Part shown: piece by piece, positions 17,401 to 25,700 of the stretch
How the letters are laid out: every line of letters starts with the position of its first letter
Position numbering within the stretch: the first letter of the stretch is position 1
Origin: Deferribacterales bacterium
GTDB lineage: Bacteria > Chrysiogenota > Deferribacteres > Deferribacterales > Geovibrionaceae
Assembly: GCA_050251875.1 (NCBI GenBank)
Contig: JBFWMA010000003.1
Location: forward strand, 264,536-290,637
Direction: 5' to 3'
DNA: 26,102 nucleotides
Program-made: the position numbers and the translations under genes
The notes under the pieces: model-generated
The model's database searches: none
The model's input: the letters and a program-made list of their open reading frames with translations, nothing else
Told to the model about the DNA's origin: nothing

Positions 17401-18608
17401 TGGCTGTTGCAGTCGATGATGTCTGCCGTCTTGCTCAGCATCACGATTATGTCTTTGGACGAGTCGAAGATTTTTCTGAGTGTCAGTTCCCGTTCTCTTA
17501 TCAGTTTTTCGATATTCAGCATATCGGTGATGTCTTCGCCGGAAGCGACCACGGAGACCCTGCCGTCATTTTCCACCAGATGCGATATGTTCCAGAGGAT
17601 CTCTCTGACTTCGCCTTCGGATGTTTTCACGGGAAAAAGCCCTGATTCCGGGCGTGTGGTGACGCTGGAGCCGATATTCAGTATCTCTTCCGCTTTCTCA
17701 GCGGAATCATGGGGGACGAATGTTTTGATGAAAGGCAGTCCGGATATGTCTCCGGTCTCTTTTTTCAGGAGCTCGGCGGCTTTTCTGTTGGAGAGGGATA
17801 TTCTGCCTTTGTCATCTATCACCAGAACAAGGTTGGCGGCCGCCTCCAGATATTTTTTCGCCTGTTTCATCAGGCTGATAGCGTCATACTGCGCCGATCT
17901 CAGCTCGGAGACGTCTTTTGCCACGCAGTTGATGCTGCTCAGCTCGTATGACTCATCGAAATGTATGCTGACGCTCCACAGCATGGAGCGTATTTTTCCT
18001 TTGTCGGTTATCTGCCTGTTTTCCATTGTGGCGGATGACACATTGTTTTTCACCAGCATTTCCAGCAGATGCGCCGTTCTCTCCCTGTCGTTTTCATGGG
18101 TGAAATCCAGCAGAGTCCGCTTGGTGAGCTCTCTCAGAGGCAGACCGTAAATGTTCTCCGCCGCCCTGTTGGCATAGATTATTCTGCCGTCTTTTCCCAG
18201 AGTGAGCATAGGGCTTCCGGAGCTTTCCACCAGCTCCTCATAGAACATCCCGCTGTTCCGCTTCGCCTTTATGTCCGCCGTGGGGGCTGCCGCCGCCAGA
18301 ATCTCGGAATAGTGCAGGGGGCATACGCAGAAGAGGGCGCCGATGCCGTCAGATATTTCTGATTTTCTCTCGGATGTGAAATTTTCGGAGACATACATGA
18401 TGTTTGCCCCGCTCAGATTCGCCTGAATCTGCTGGGGAGCGGGAATGGTTTTGCCTTTCCGGCAGTCTATGATAACCAGATCGAAGCTGACTGAGTGCAT
18501 AAGATGGATGCTGGAGATGGTGAAATGGTCGAAGGACGGTTTTTTACCCGCAAAAAGAGACTCAGGGTCGTCAGAAATTACTGCGAGTCTGAAACGGTCC
18601 AGAAACAT
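14466..18608 (-). CDS. Cytoplasmic hybrid sensor histidine kinase (about 5 PAS + GAF-like + HisKA + HATPase + REC + Hpt-like tail)
   Basis: Multiple PAS/PAC ends (KDVSE, EDITD, SDVTD, VDITE, RDTSE); H-box FIANISHEIRTPMNAIIG; N-box NLVGNAVKFT; G boxes DTGIGI and GGTGLGL; REC with LIILD and KP. No obvious TM helix. Confidence 0.93.
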   Translation of the reverse strand: MFLDRFRLAVISDDPESLFAGKKPSFDHFTISSIHLMHSVSFDLVIIDCRKGKTIPAPQQIQANLSGANIMYVSENFTSERKSEISDGIGALFCVCPLHYSEILAAAAPTADIKAKRNSGMFYEELVESSGSPMLTLGKDGRIIYANRAAENIYGLPLRELTKRTLLDFTHENDRERTAHLLEMLVKNNVSSATMENRQITDKGKIRSMLWSVSIHFDESYELSSINCVAKDVSELRSAQYDAISLMKQAKKYLEAAANLVLVIDDKGRISLSNRKAAELLKKETGDISGLPFIKTFVPHDSAEKAEEILNIGSSVTTRPESGLFPVKTSEGEVREILWNISHLVENDGRVSVVASGEDITDMLNIEKLIRERELTLRKIFDSSKDIIVMLSKTADIIDCNSQFLLRTEKKRDEVIGKSIWDILPQGASAIIRPEFQQAISEGISRNFDLRSLGGWHETRISPILEDNRDVSSVVLFASDVTDKKQSELFSTMNEKRNRSLAILGQMYEAEFEDILEYALDSAVEQTDSRSGSVSIMDEHSGKLRLIATMNENNKMVYSLLDAVYISPADMPGLNEVLDTNEPFISKSQPFYMILPLMAQGGVSLILFLSGKPAEYTVNESISLAHFMEGVWRLKERKEAEEKINRLNTELEKMVEQRTSELKISETRFRTAFESSANGMAIISVSGELMQVNSAYARMLGYSPAEMNGRSIYDFMQKEYSESSKKLLNMLISGEKADYNAIKKYIHKNGTMIIISVSAALAKDSDGKPLYMVAQMVDITEAERTRAERDRIFEHSHDIICIVTFSGELRYVNAAFERLLGIPAADITGSQFLQIFSRKDRTNAGEILKRLVSGESIKDYESRHAASPGKTVWLSWYASADLENRLIYAIARDTSERKKYEDDLKNAKEEAERGDRAKSEFIANISHEIRTPMNAIIGFSELLSARISDTKSKSYVQSIKNSSNALLKLINDILDISKLQAGGSHPDPAPASISHLTNEIISMFSLKARLKGVSLMSIIRQGVPPALIFDSSKLRQVLLNLVGNAVKFTDKGFVKVTISTEDEQNGRLTLIIDVEDTGIGIPENEFENIFQPFRQRTGHNQQRYGGTGLGLSISKKLVEMMGGRISLKSRQDKGSVFTVYLPGIEISSHVFDTIAAVGSARFRPARVLVVDGNETHRHMLRDMLENCGLFVMEAQNGNAAAMIAAEVIPSLIILDRNLPDMNAEGAASILKNNAATSNIPLVEILPDRTTQVSSAMMADAIPKPIEFQNIINTLMKFLETEAVLPPESMHDGDNVSMLIHELIALSEENEELKDLLKNSFSAVNIEQAQKISDIIKQIAAGHNNGNMRRLADKLQTAIDNMEIDSLKKILSSMHEEAGTK

Positions 18609-18623
18609 AGTCGGTCCTTAGGG

Positions 18624-20180
18624 TCAGTTTGTCTGTATGTCCGCTGAAGGGAGGGTGATGGTGAACACAGATCCGGCGGCGCTGTTTTTCACAGTGATCG
18701 TGCCCTGCATCTGTTCCTGTACCACGAGGCGGGACATATAGAGCCCTATGCCTGTGCCCTTTCCCTGTTTTTTGGTGGTGAAATACGGTTCGAACACCCT
18801 GTCGATGATACTTTCGGGGATGCCTCCGCCGTTATCTTCTATCTCCACGGAGGTCTGTTCGCCCAGACATTTTACGTCTATGACGATGTTGCCTTTTTCA
18901 GCTTTTGAGCTTTCCAGTCTTTCCAGAATGGCGTCTTTGGAATTAGACAGCAGGTTGATGAGAACCTGCTTGAACATGCCCGCATCGCCTCTGATGGAGA
19001 TGGTGTCGCTGGATGAGAGACACTGCTCGGGGATTCTCAGCTCGAAGAAGATGCCCAGCCCGTTGAACTGTCTCTCCAGCAGAGAGATGACCTCTTTCGC
19101 TGAGTTTATGATATCGAAATAATCTTTTCCCGAGTCGGTTCTTACCAGCTCGGTGAATTCGTCTATAGTGGTGGACATGTGCATCAGCAGTTTGAGGCAT
19201 TTATCCACATTTTCTTTCAGATATGTTTCGCTGATTCCGTGGTGGTCGTATTCGTCCAGCATATCCTGAACGAGGAGCCCCAGAGAGTTCAGAGGCTGTC
19301 TCCACTGGTGGGCTACCGCTTTCATCATCTGACCCATCGCCGCCAGCTTGCTCTGTTCGTGGAGGATGCGCTCGCTCTTTCTTCTGTTCTCCGTCTCTAT
19401 CTGAACACGGTTCTCCAGAGTTTCATTAAGCGTTTGGAGAGCCTCTTTCTGCTGCATCAGCAGTTTTTCGATCTTTTTTCTCTCGGTGATTTCGTTTTCC
19501 AGAAGCTCGTTGGTCTCTTTCAGCTCTTTTGTGCGGTTAAAGACCTCTGTTTCCAGTTTTTCATTAAAATTCCTCAGTTTTCTTTCGGACGCTTCCAGAT
19601 GCGAAACAGTCTCGCTCAGCATTTTGTTGGCGGTCTTGTTTCTGTTATACAGCTCAAAGCTCTCTATCTGGTGTGCGGTGTCGTGCATTATTATGGTTAT
19701 CAGGGGGAAGACGGCGTCCGGAATGTCCTCTTTCGGCATGTCCAGCTGGGCGATGAACACTCCTCTGGTGCGGGACACGGTCGCCATGACGTGGAGCATG
19801 ACATAGCTTCCCAGTTCTCTGCTTTTTATTATCACGGCGCTGTTGGACTTGATAGCCATTGAGAAAGTATTGTCCAGAATCAGCCTGTCTATCTCCTCCA
19901 CCAGTTTGCTCTTGTCCGATTCCGGATAGAAGCGTGAGGGAGTGAAATGTCCGGTATTCTCCTCCACCAAGAAAAATCCGGCATTTTTCAGCTTCACTAG
20001 GTTGATCATTTTATTGTAGGCGTTGTCTATGAGTATCTCTGAACTTTCGAGCTTGTTCAGACTGATGTGTATGTTTCTGACTGAGAGGACACCTTCCAGA
20101 GCCTTAAGAGTCTCGCTCTTCTCCTTTTGCAGGTGCTCCAGTCTGGTTTCCAGAAAATCAAGATGATCTTTTTCTGTCAT
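18624..20180 (-). CDS. Soluble sensor histidine kinase (N-terminal GAF-like domain, coiled coil, HisKA, HATPase)
   Basis: H-box MMKAVAHQWRQPLN, N-box NLLSNSKDAI, EDNGGGI, FEPYFTTK, GTGIGLYMS. Confidence 0.92.
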   Translation of the reverse strand: MTEKDHLDFLETRLEHLQKEKSETLKALEGVLSVRNIHISLNKLESSEILIDNAYNKMINLVKLKNAGFFLVEENTGHFTPSRFYPESDKSKLVEEIDRLILDNTFSMAIKSNSAVIIKSRELGSYVMLHVMATVSRTRGVFIAQLDMPKEDIPDAVFPLITIIMHDTAHQIESFELYNRNKTANKMLSETVSHLEASERKLRNFNEKLETEVFNRTKELKETNELLENEITERKKIEKLLMQQKEALQTLNETLENRVQIETENRRKSERILHEQSKLAAMGQMMKAVAHQWRQPLNSLGLLVQDMLDEYDHHGISETYLKENVDKCLKLLMHMSTTIDEFTELVRTDSGKDYFDIINSAKEVISLLERQFNGLGIFFELRIPEQCLSSSDTISIRGDAGMFKQVLINLLSNSKDAILERLESSKAEKGNIVIDVKCLGEQTSVEIEDNGGGIPESIIDRVFEPYFTTKKQGKGTGIGLYMSRLVVQEQMQGTITVKNSAAGSVFTITLPSADIQTN

Positions 20181-20184
20181 GGCG

Positions 20185-21423
20185 TTACCTGAAGAACACG
20201 TCTTCTATCTCCGTGATCTGTCTGTCTGACTGGCTGATTACGTTAGCGATGACAGATGTAGAGATGCCGAGAGAGTCCCAGACCTCCATGCTGATGGAGG
20301 GAACAATGTGTGAGCTGGCAACGGGAGAACCGAATGCCACTGCCAGACAGTCCGCTATCTCTACTATGGACGCCTCAGTGTGGATGGGGCGTGTATGGTG
20401 GTGATATTTGATATTTTTTACGAGCTGTCCGGGAAATTTCCATTTTTCCAGCAGAGCGCTGCCGACCTCCGCATGGTCGAATCCGAGAACTTCGAACTCT
20501 ATGTCGCATAGGGGCTTGTTCAGCTTGTGCGACAGATAAAGTGTATGCGCTGACTCATCGGGCAGCACACGGAAGATAACCAGACGACCTATGTCGTGGA
20601 GCAGACCGGATACGAAGAGTCTCTCGGTGGAGACTTCTTCGATATATGTGCCCAGAAGACGGGCAAAGACGCCGCATGTGATGGAGTGGCGCCAGAAGAT
20701 CTTCATGTTGGTGAGCTCAGTGGGGATTCCTTTAAAAGCCTCTATAGCGGATATGCCCACGGCGAGCGTGCCCAGCTCTTTTGTCCCGATGATGGTGATG
20801 GCTCTGCGTATGGAGTCGATTTTTGACGGGAAGCTGTAGAAAGCGCTGTTAACGATTTTTAAGAGTTTCGCGGACAGACTGGTGTCTTTCTCCACCACAT
20901 CCGCCATGTGTGAAGCGGAGCTGGTGGGGGATGCCAGAACGTCTTTTATCTTGTAGTAAATATCAGGGAAAGACGCCAGACCGACTTCTCTCTCAACTAT
21001 GGAGGCGGCTGTGACCTGCCCTTTTATAAATGATTTCGGGAGGCGTGCCTCTTCGAACTCGGGTGCGGGCTTTATTATGTCCCGTCCTTTTTCCTCTATG
21101 TGTCTGCTGAGAGTCAGCCTGTTTATGCTGTATATCTCCTGCATGACGGGGACGGTCAGGTCGGCGTGTTTATACTGTTTTGAAAGGATGTCTTCCGCCA
21201 GGGTGATGGATTCCGGGCTGATGTCGGCTTCCGCCGCCTGCTTCAGGGTTTCCATGTCCAATCCGGCTATGAATGCCTCTGTGATGCCCCATGAACGGGC
21301 TATTTTCAGGTGTTTTTCCTCGAGGACAGAACCGGACGGCAGCAGGAATCTTCCGTTAGGACACACAAGATCCTTTTCAAGCGTCATGCCAGGTTTTATG
21401 TCATCGAGATATATAAGTCCCAT
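20185..21423 (-). CDS. HDOD-domain signalling protein
   Basis: HDOD signature DTSLSAKLLKIVNSAFY...IDSIRRAITIIG...FWRHS...GLLHDIG...GFDHAEVG...W.FP...IKYHH; N-terminal LDDIKPGMTLEKDL module. Confidence 0.92.
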   Translation of the reverse strand: MGLIYLDDIKPGMTLEKDLVCPNGRFLLPSGSVLEEKHLKIARSWGITEAFIAGLDMETLKQAAEADISPESITLAEDILSKQYKHADLTVPVMQEIYSINRLTLSRHIEEKGRDIIKPAPEFEEARLPKSFIKGQVTAASIVEREVGLASFPDIYYKIKDVLASPTSSASHMADVVEKDTSLSAKLLKIVNSAFYSFPSKIDSIRRAITIIGTKELGTLAVGISAIEAFKGIPTELTNMKIFWRHSITCGVFARLLGTYIEEVSTERLFVSGLLHDIGRLVIFRVLPDESAHTLYLSHKLNKPLCDIEFEVLGFDHAEVGSALLEKWKFPGQLVKNIKYHHHTRPIHTEASIVEIADCLAVAFGSPVASSHIVPSISMEVWDSLGISTSVIANVISQSDRQITEIEDVFFR

Positions 21424-21454
21424 CGTCAGCCCTGCGTTTGTATTTCGTTATTTA

Positions 21455-21483
21455 AATGTATCATAGATAAAAAATTAATACAA
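21455..21483 (-). promoter_or_regulatory. Putative sigma70 promoter of the HDOD-kinase-kinase-DGC operon
   Basis: Minus strand TTGTAT (21483-21478)-N17-TACATT (21460-21455), with a TGn extension. Confidence 0.45.
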
Positions 21484-21492
21484 GGATAGCTG

Positions 21493-24177
21493 TTATTCGT
21501 GAAAGTATGACAGAGTGATGCTGAACATCGCTCCACCGCTGATATTTTCCGCTATCAGAAGACCGTTCATATGGTCCTCTATCATAATTTTCGACATATA
21601 GAGACCGATTCCTGTGCCTTCGCCCTCCGGCTTTGTGCTGAAGTAGGGGTCGAAAATTCTGCTGAGGGTCTCTTCCGGAATATTTCCGCCATCGTTGGCT
21701 ATGTCCAGCTTCAGGCGGTCCTGTTTATATTGAATTTGTATGTTCACATTGCCTATCTTGTTGTTGCCTGTGGATTTTCTGTAGTCAGATATGGCATATC
21801 TGGCGTTCTGGAGAATATTCAGGATAACCTGCTTCAGCTCGCTGGGATATACGCTGATTTTTTTGTCGTTTATAGGCGTGTATTCTTCCGGAACTTTGTT
21901 CTCACAGCTTATCTCCGTTGTTCCGTCCGTGATGGAGATTTTATAGTTGATGTGCTGGTTGCGGAGCTGTGTCGCCACCAGAGACATGCTTTCGAACACA
22001 ACATCGGCTATGTCTATCTGCTCCATCGTGTTGCCGGAGTGGAAGAAGTTTCTGAAATCGTCAATGGTGCCAGACATATGGTTTATCAGGCGCATGGCGT
22101 TCATGATGAAATTGTCCAGATACGGTCTGTTCACCTCTCCGGCATCGTGGGCATCCTCTATGTCCTGAACATACAGAGCCAGAGCGTTCAGAGGCTGGCG
22201 CCACTGGTGGGCGATGGCGTTTATCATCTGCCCCATGGCGGCGAACTTAGCCTGTTCGAAAAGCATCTGCTCGTTCTTTCTTCTTTTGTGTGTTTCGTCC
22301 TGAATCCGTTTTTCCAGTCCTTTGTTTATCTCTTCCAGTTGTTTCTTGCGGTTGATGAGCTCCTGCTCCATCTTCATCCGTTCGGTGATGTCACGGAAAA
22401 CATACACGGAACCGATCATGTCGCCTCTGGAGCCGAACATGGCGGATGATGTTATGTATACCGTTATCACTCCGGCGTCTTTTGTCACCATGTTTGCCCG
22501 GAATGTCTTGTTGGTGTTTTCAGAAAAATCTATTACTCGGTCGGTTATTGGTTTTCCAGTGTCATAGTCGTATACCTGCACAACCTCGCTGATGCTGTGT
22601 CCCAGCAGAAAACGGTATTTCTGCCCCAGAATGGTTTCGGCGCTGCTGTTTATCAGGGTTATCCTGCCGTACTTGTCGGCGGCGATCACTCCCTCGCCGA
22701 TGCTTTTCAGGGTGACGTCCAGACGCTCCTTCTCTCCCTCCAGCTCGCTCTGAACTTTGGTTATCTCGGTGATGTCCATCACCACGCCTATGAATCCCTG
22801 AATCTTTCCGCTGTAGTTAAACTGCGGCGAGATGGTGCAGAGGGCGGGGAATGTGACTCCGTTTTTCTTTATCATGTCTATACGCTTGGTCACCATCGAT
22901 CCGGAGTAGCGGCTCTCTGAGCACATCAGGGTGATGTCGTCCGCCAGTCCCTTTATGAGCCCGGCAACGGGCAGACCGAGAATCTCCGGCAGTTTATAGC
23001 CGAAGATAAGCTGTGTTCCCGTGTTGGCGTCCAGAATCACCGGTTCCGAATCCAGAGAGATGATTATGAGCCCCGTATTGGTGGTGGAGTCGAATATGGA
23101 GCGCAGATATTCTTCCTTGTCCTTCAGCTCCTTCTCTCTTCGGTCTATGGTGATAGCCATCTTTTCGAAACTGTCATAGAGGGTTCTCAGTTCTCTGAAG
23201 ACACCCTTCTCCGCTTCGTTGAAATGCAGGAAGGTTCCTTTGGATATCATTTCGCTGCGCTCAGTGAGCAGTTTCATAGGCAGGATCAGTTTTATCCGGA
23301 TGAAATAGAGTATCAGACCGGAAAAGACCGCGAGGAGCACTATGGAGAAGATTGTGACGAAGAGTATCTGTCTGTAGAAGAACAGGGCGCTCTTCACCGG
23401 CTGTTCATAGATCAGATACCAGTCGCTGGCGTTTATCTTGTGGATCGCGCCGACATATACTTCCCTGCCGGAAACATAGCCGTATTTGATATGGTGTCCG
23501 GTCTTTCTGATCCCCATCAGAGGGTGATCCGCCAGATTGAAAGCGGATGAGTTGGCTATATTGGATGCTATGATGTCTCCGGATGCATCCGCTATGAATA
23601 TGTTTGCGTCTTTGTCCGGCAGAGTGTTCACCATCGCGTCACGGATGCTGTCCAGACTGATGTTGCCCACCACATGACCGCCGTCAAATTTTATGGAGAG
23701 AGTTACAACGTTTTTGTTGGATATGGCTGACAGGTGCGGTCTGCTCCATTCTATTTTCAGGTTGCTTTTGTTTATGTCGGATACCTTTATCCCCACAAAA
23801 TCGTTGGGGTCATATGAGGCGAACTGATCCAAATTGATATATGTGATCTCTCTGTCGTTGTTGATAATATAAATCGACTCGAAGATATGGTCGTTTTTGA
23901 TTCCGTTGGATATCATCGCCTCTATCTGTTTCCGGGTAAATTTTTTGTCTCCGGCGTTTTCCGCCAGTGTCGCCAGCATCTTATACGGGCTTTCCAGCTT
24001 AGAGCTGACTGAGGCGGATATAGAGTCTGCCACGAGATTTATCTTATACATCACATTGTTTTTAGACGAGGTATACGCTCCCGAAAGGAAAAAAATGACG
24101 ACAAGCGCAAGGGGGAGTATGAGAAAAAGTGAAAATGCTTTTACAAAAATATTTCCGAGTGACGCGTTTCTGTTCAT
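21493..24177 (-). CDS. Membrane sensor histidine kinase (TM-Cache-TM-HAMP-PAS-PAS-HisKA-HATPase)
   Basis: Two TM segments, two PAS domains (MDITE, RDITE), H-box INAIAHQWRQPLN, NILQNA, FDPYFSTK, GTGIGLYMS; ATGA overlap with the upstream binding-protein gene. Confidence 0.92.
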   Translation of the reverse strand: MNRNASLGNIFVKAFSLFLILPLALVVIFFLSGAYTSSKNNVMYKINLVADSISASVSSKLESPYKMLATLAENAGDKKFTRKQIEAMISNGIKNDHIFESIYIINNDREITYINLDQFASYDPNDFVGIKVSDINKSNLKIEWSRPHLSAISNKNVVTLSIKFDGGHVVGNISLDSIRDAMVNTLPDKDANIFIADASGDIIASNIANSSAFNLADHPLMGIRKTGHHIKYGYVSGREVYVGAIHKINASDWYLIYEQPVKSALFFYRQILFVTIFSIVLLAVFSGLILYFIRIKLILPMKLLTERSEMISKGTFLHFNEAEKGVFRELRTLYDSFEKMAITIDRREKELKDKEEYLRSIFDSTTNTGLIIISLDSEPVILDANTGTQLIFGYKLPEILGLPVAGLIKGLADDITLMCSESRYSGSMVTKRIDMIKKNGVTFPALCTISPQFNYSGKIQGFIGVVMDITEITKVQSELEGEKERLDVTLKSIGEGVIAADKYGRITLINSSAETILGQKYRFLLGHSISEVVQVYDYDTGKPITDRVIDFSENTNKTFRANMVTKDAGVITVYITSSAMFGSRGDMIGSVYVFRDITERMKMEQELINRKKQLEEINKGLEKRIQDETHKRRKNEQMLFEQAKFAAMGQMINAIAHQWRQPLNALALYVQDIEDAHDAGEVNRPYLDNFIMNAMRLINHMSGTIDDFRNFFHSGNTMEQIDIADVVFESMSLVATQLRNQHINYKISITDGTTEISCENKVPEEYTPINDKKISVYPSELKQVILNILQNARYAISDYRKSTGNNKIGNVNIQIQYKQDRLKLDIANDGGNIPEETLSRIFDPYFSTKPEGEGTGIGLYMSKIMIEDHMNGLLIAENISGGAMFSITLSYFHE

Positions 24178-25271
24178 TCTGCCAGTCCGATACGTTCAGT
24201 TTTTCCGGACTTGGTAATGAAAAGATTCAGAGGCATATAGGAATCACCGTATTCGTCAAAAGAGAATTCAGGGATCAGCTGAAGGCGTCTGGCGGCGGCG
24301 GACACAGCGTCATAGAAGCTGGCTCCCTTCTCCAGATCGGGCAGGGCGTGGATCATCATAACCATGCTTTCGTGTCCGTACATGCTGAACCATGAGGGTT
24401 CCTGACGGTATTTTTTCATGTATGCCGACCGGAACCTTGTATATGCTTTGGTTGTTTTGTCTATGTAGTAGTCGAAGAGATAGACGTCATCCCCCGCCTC
24501 TCCGGCGAAACGAAAAAACTCGTTGGACAGCGCCCATGCTCTGATGAGGATTTTTGATTTGAATTCCGCTTTTCTCACCTGCCAAATAATCAGAGCTGTG
24601 TCCATGGCGGACGCCAGAATATAATACATCTGCGGCGGATTGTTCTTGTCTTTCATAATCAGGGTGTTCATGCTTTCGCCGGATTCCGGGTTGAAAGCCC
24701 TGATGTCTCTGACATGCCCGCCACGGCTGATGAACGTTTCGGTGGCGTTCTTCACCAGGTCTCCGGCATATGAGCTGTTTCTGGAATCATATATGATAAC
24801 CATGTCTTTGATATTCATTTTGTTTATCAGATATCTGGAGATGTTCTCCGCCTGTCTGCGGCTGTTGTGGGGCATGGTGCGCATGAAGTGGTCGTCTTTT
24901 CCCGCCAGCTCTGATGTGCTGACGGTGGGGCTCAGCATGAACATGTATCTGCCGTCCAGATAAGGCGTGACGGCAGTCGCCACATTGCTGATGCTGGGAC
25001 CTATGATATAACGGATGTCGGCGGATTCGAACGAGTTCATGGCGGACAGTCCTTCAGAGGGGATGCCTTTGTCGTCTTTAACCATCAGGTTGACGGAATC
25101 CTCCATACCGGACTCTTCCAGAGCCAGCATGGCGCCTTTCAGAGTATCCTGACCTAGGTCGGAATACCTCCCGCTCAGCGTCCCCAGAAAACCGATGTTA
25201 GTCTTCTTCTCCTGAGTGTCGCATCCAAATAAAGTTAACGCGATTGTTAGCGCAATTAATATTCTGAGCAT
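24174..25271 (-). CDS. Lipoprotein periplasmic binding protein, type I (LivJ/branched-chain amino-acid-like family)
   Basis: Signal peptide with lipobox LFGC (Cys17); IGFLGTLSGRYSDLG, KDDKG, IIGPSIS, LSPTVST, typical of LivJ-like PBP1 proteins. GGAG RBS. Confidence 0.88.
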   Translation of the reverse strand: MLRILIALTIALTLFGCDTQEKKTNIGFLGTLSGRYSDLGQDTLKGAMLALEESGMEDSVNLMVKDDKGIPSEGLSAMNSFESADIRYIIGPSISNVATAVTPYLDGRYMFMLSPTVSTSELAGKDDHFMRTMPHNSRRQAENISRYLINKMNIKDMVIIYDSRNSSYAGDLVKNATETFISRGGHVRDIRAFNPESGESMNTLIMKDKNNPPQMYYILASAMDTALIIWQVRKAEFKSKILIRAWALSNEFFRFAGEAGDDVYLFDYYIDKTTKAYTRFRSAYMKKYRQEPSWFSMYGHESMVMMIHALPDLEKGASFYDAVSAAARRLQLIPEFSFDEYGDSYMPLNLFITKSGKTERIGLAE

Positions 25272-25286
25272 TATTTCTCCGCTTTC

Positions 25287-25315
25287 ATAATATCATAAAT
25301 ATCTGCGATAAACAA
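25287..25315 (-). promoter_or_regulatory. Possible sigma70 promoter of the binding protein-kinase pair
   Basis: Minus strand TTGTTT (25315-25310)-N17-TATTAT (25292-25287) with TGn extension; it would give a very short leader. Confidence 0.35.
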
Positions 25316-25353
25316 TGTGCGGGGTCAGAAATAATGCCGTATAGCACTAATAA

Positions 25354-25602
25354 TCAGGCGTATGCATCGTAGTAGTTTCCCGTTCTGGAATTCTGCCTGT
25401 TCATCCGCTGATTGTCCTGATCCACGCTCTCCACAGAACGTTTTCTGGACGCCTGACGGTACGCGGCGTCATCATTGTATGTTCTGATCCGCTCGCTCTG
25501 GGCATATTGCTGGGCTTGTTTTTCTGCGTTTTTCTGTTTTAATTCTTCGAGCATACGGGTGTATGCCTCTTTGGAGGCGGAACCGCCTATAACGCGTGAC
25601 AT
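25354..25602 (-). CDS. Small hydrophilic hypothetical protein (82 aa) ending TGNYYDAYA
   Basis: The ORF track starts at 25674, but the ATG at 25602 has an AAAGGTG RBS and lies downstream of a sigma28-like promoter that overlaps the longer ORF start. Protein: MSRVIGGSASKEAY...NSRTGNYYDAYA. Confidence 0.7.
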   Translation of the reverse strand: MSRVIGGSASKEAYTRMLEELKQKNAEKQAQQYAQSERIRTYNDDAAYRQASRKRSVESVDQDNQRMNRQNSRTGNYYDAYA

Positions 25603-25654
25603 GAATGCACCTTTCGGGACATCCGTGTTGATATTGCGCATCCGTGCTCTTATC

Positions 25655-25681
25655 GTATCGACATATTTACGCATTACTTAA
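25655..25681 (-). promoter_or_regulatory. Putative sigma28 (FliA)-type promoter with upstream A/T tracts (UP-element-like)
   Basis: Minus strand TTAA (25681-25678)-N15-GTCGATAC (25662-25655); A7 and A8 tracts at 25683-25698 directly upstream. Confidence 0.6.
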
Positions 25682-25700
25682 GAAAAAAATAAAAAAAATA

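Noticed and set aside
25603..25674. Longer 106 aa version of the small protein
   Set aside because: There is no RBS at 25674 and the extension overlaps the sigma28-like promoter; the ATG at 25602 is better supported.
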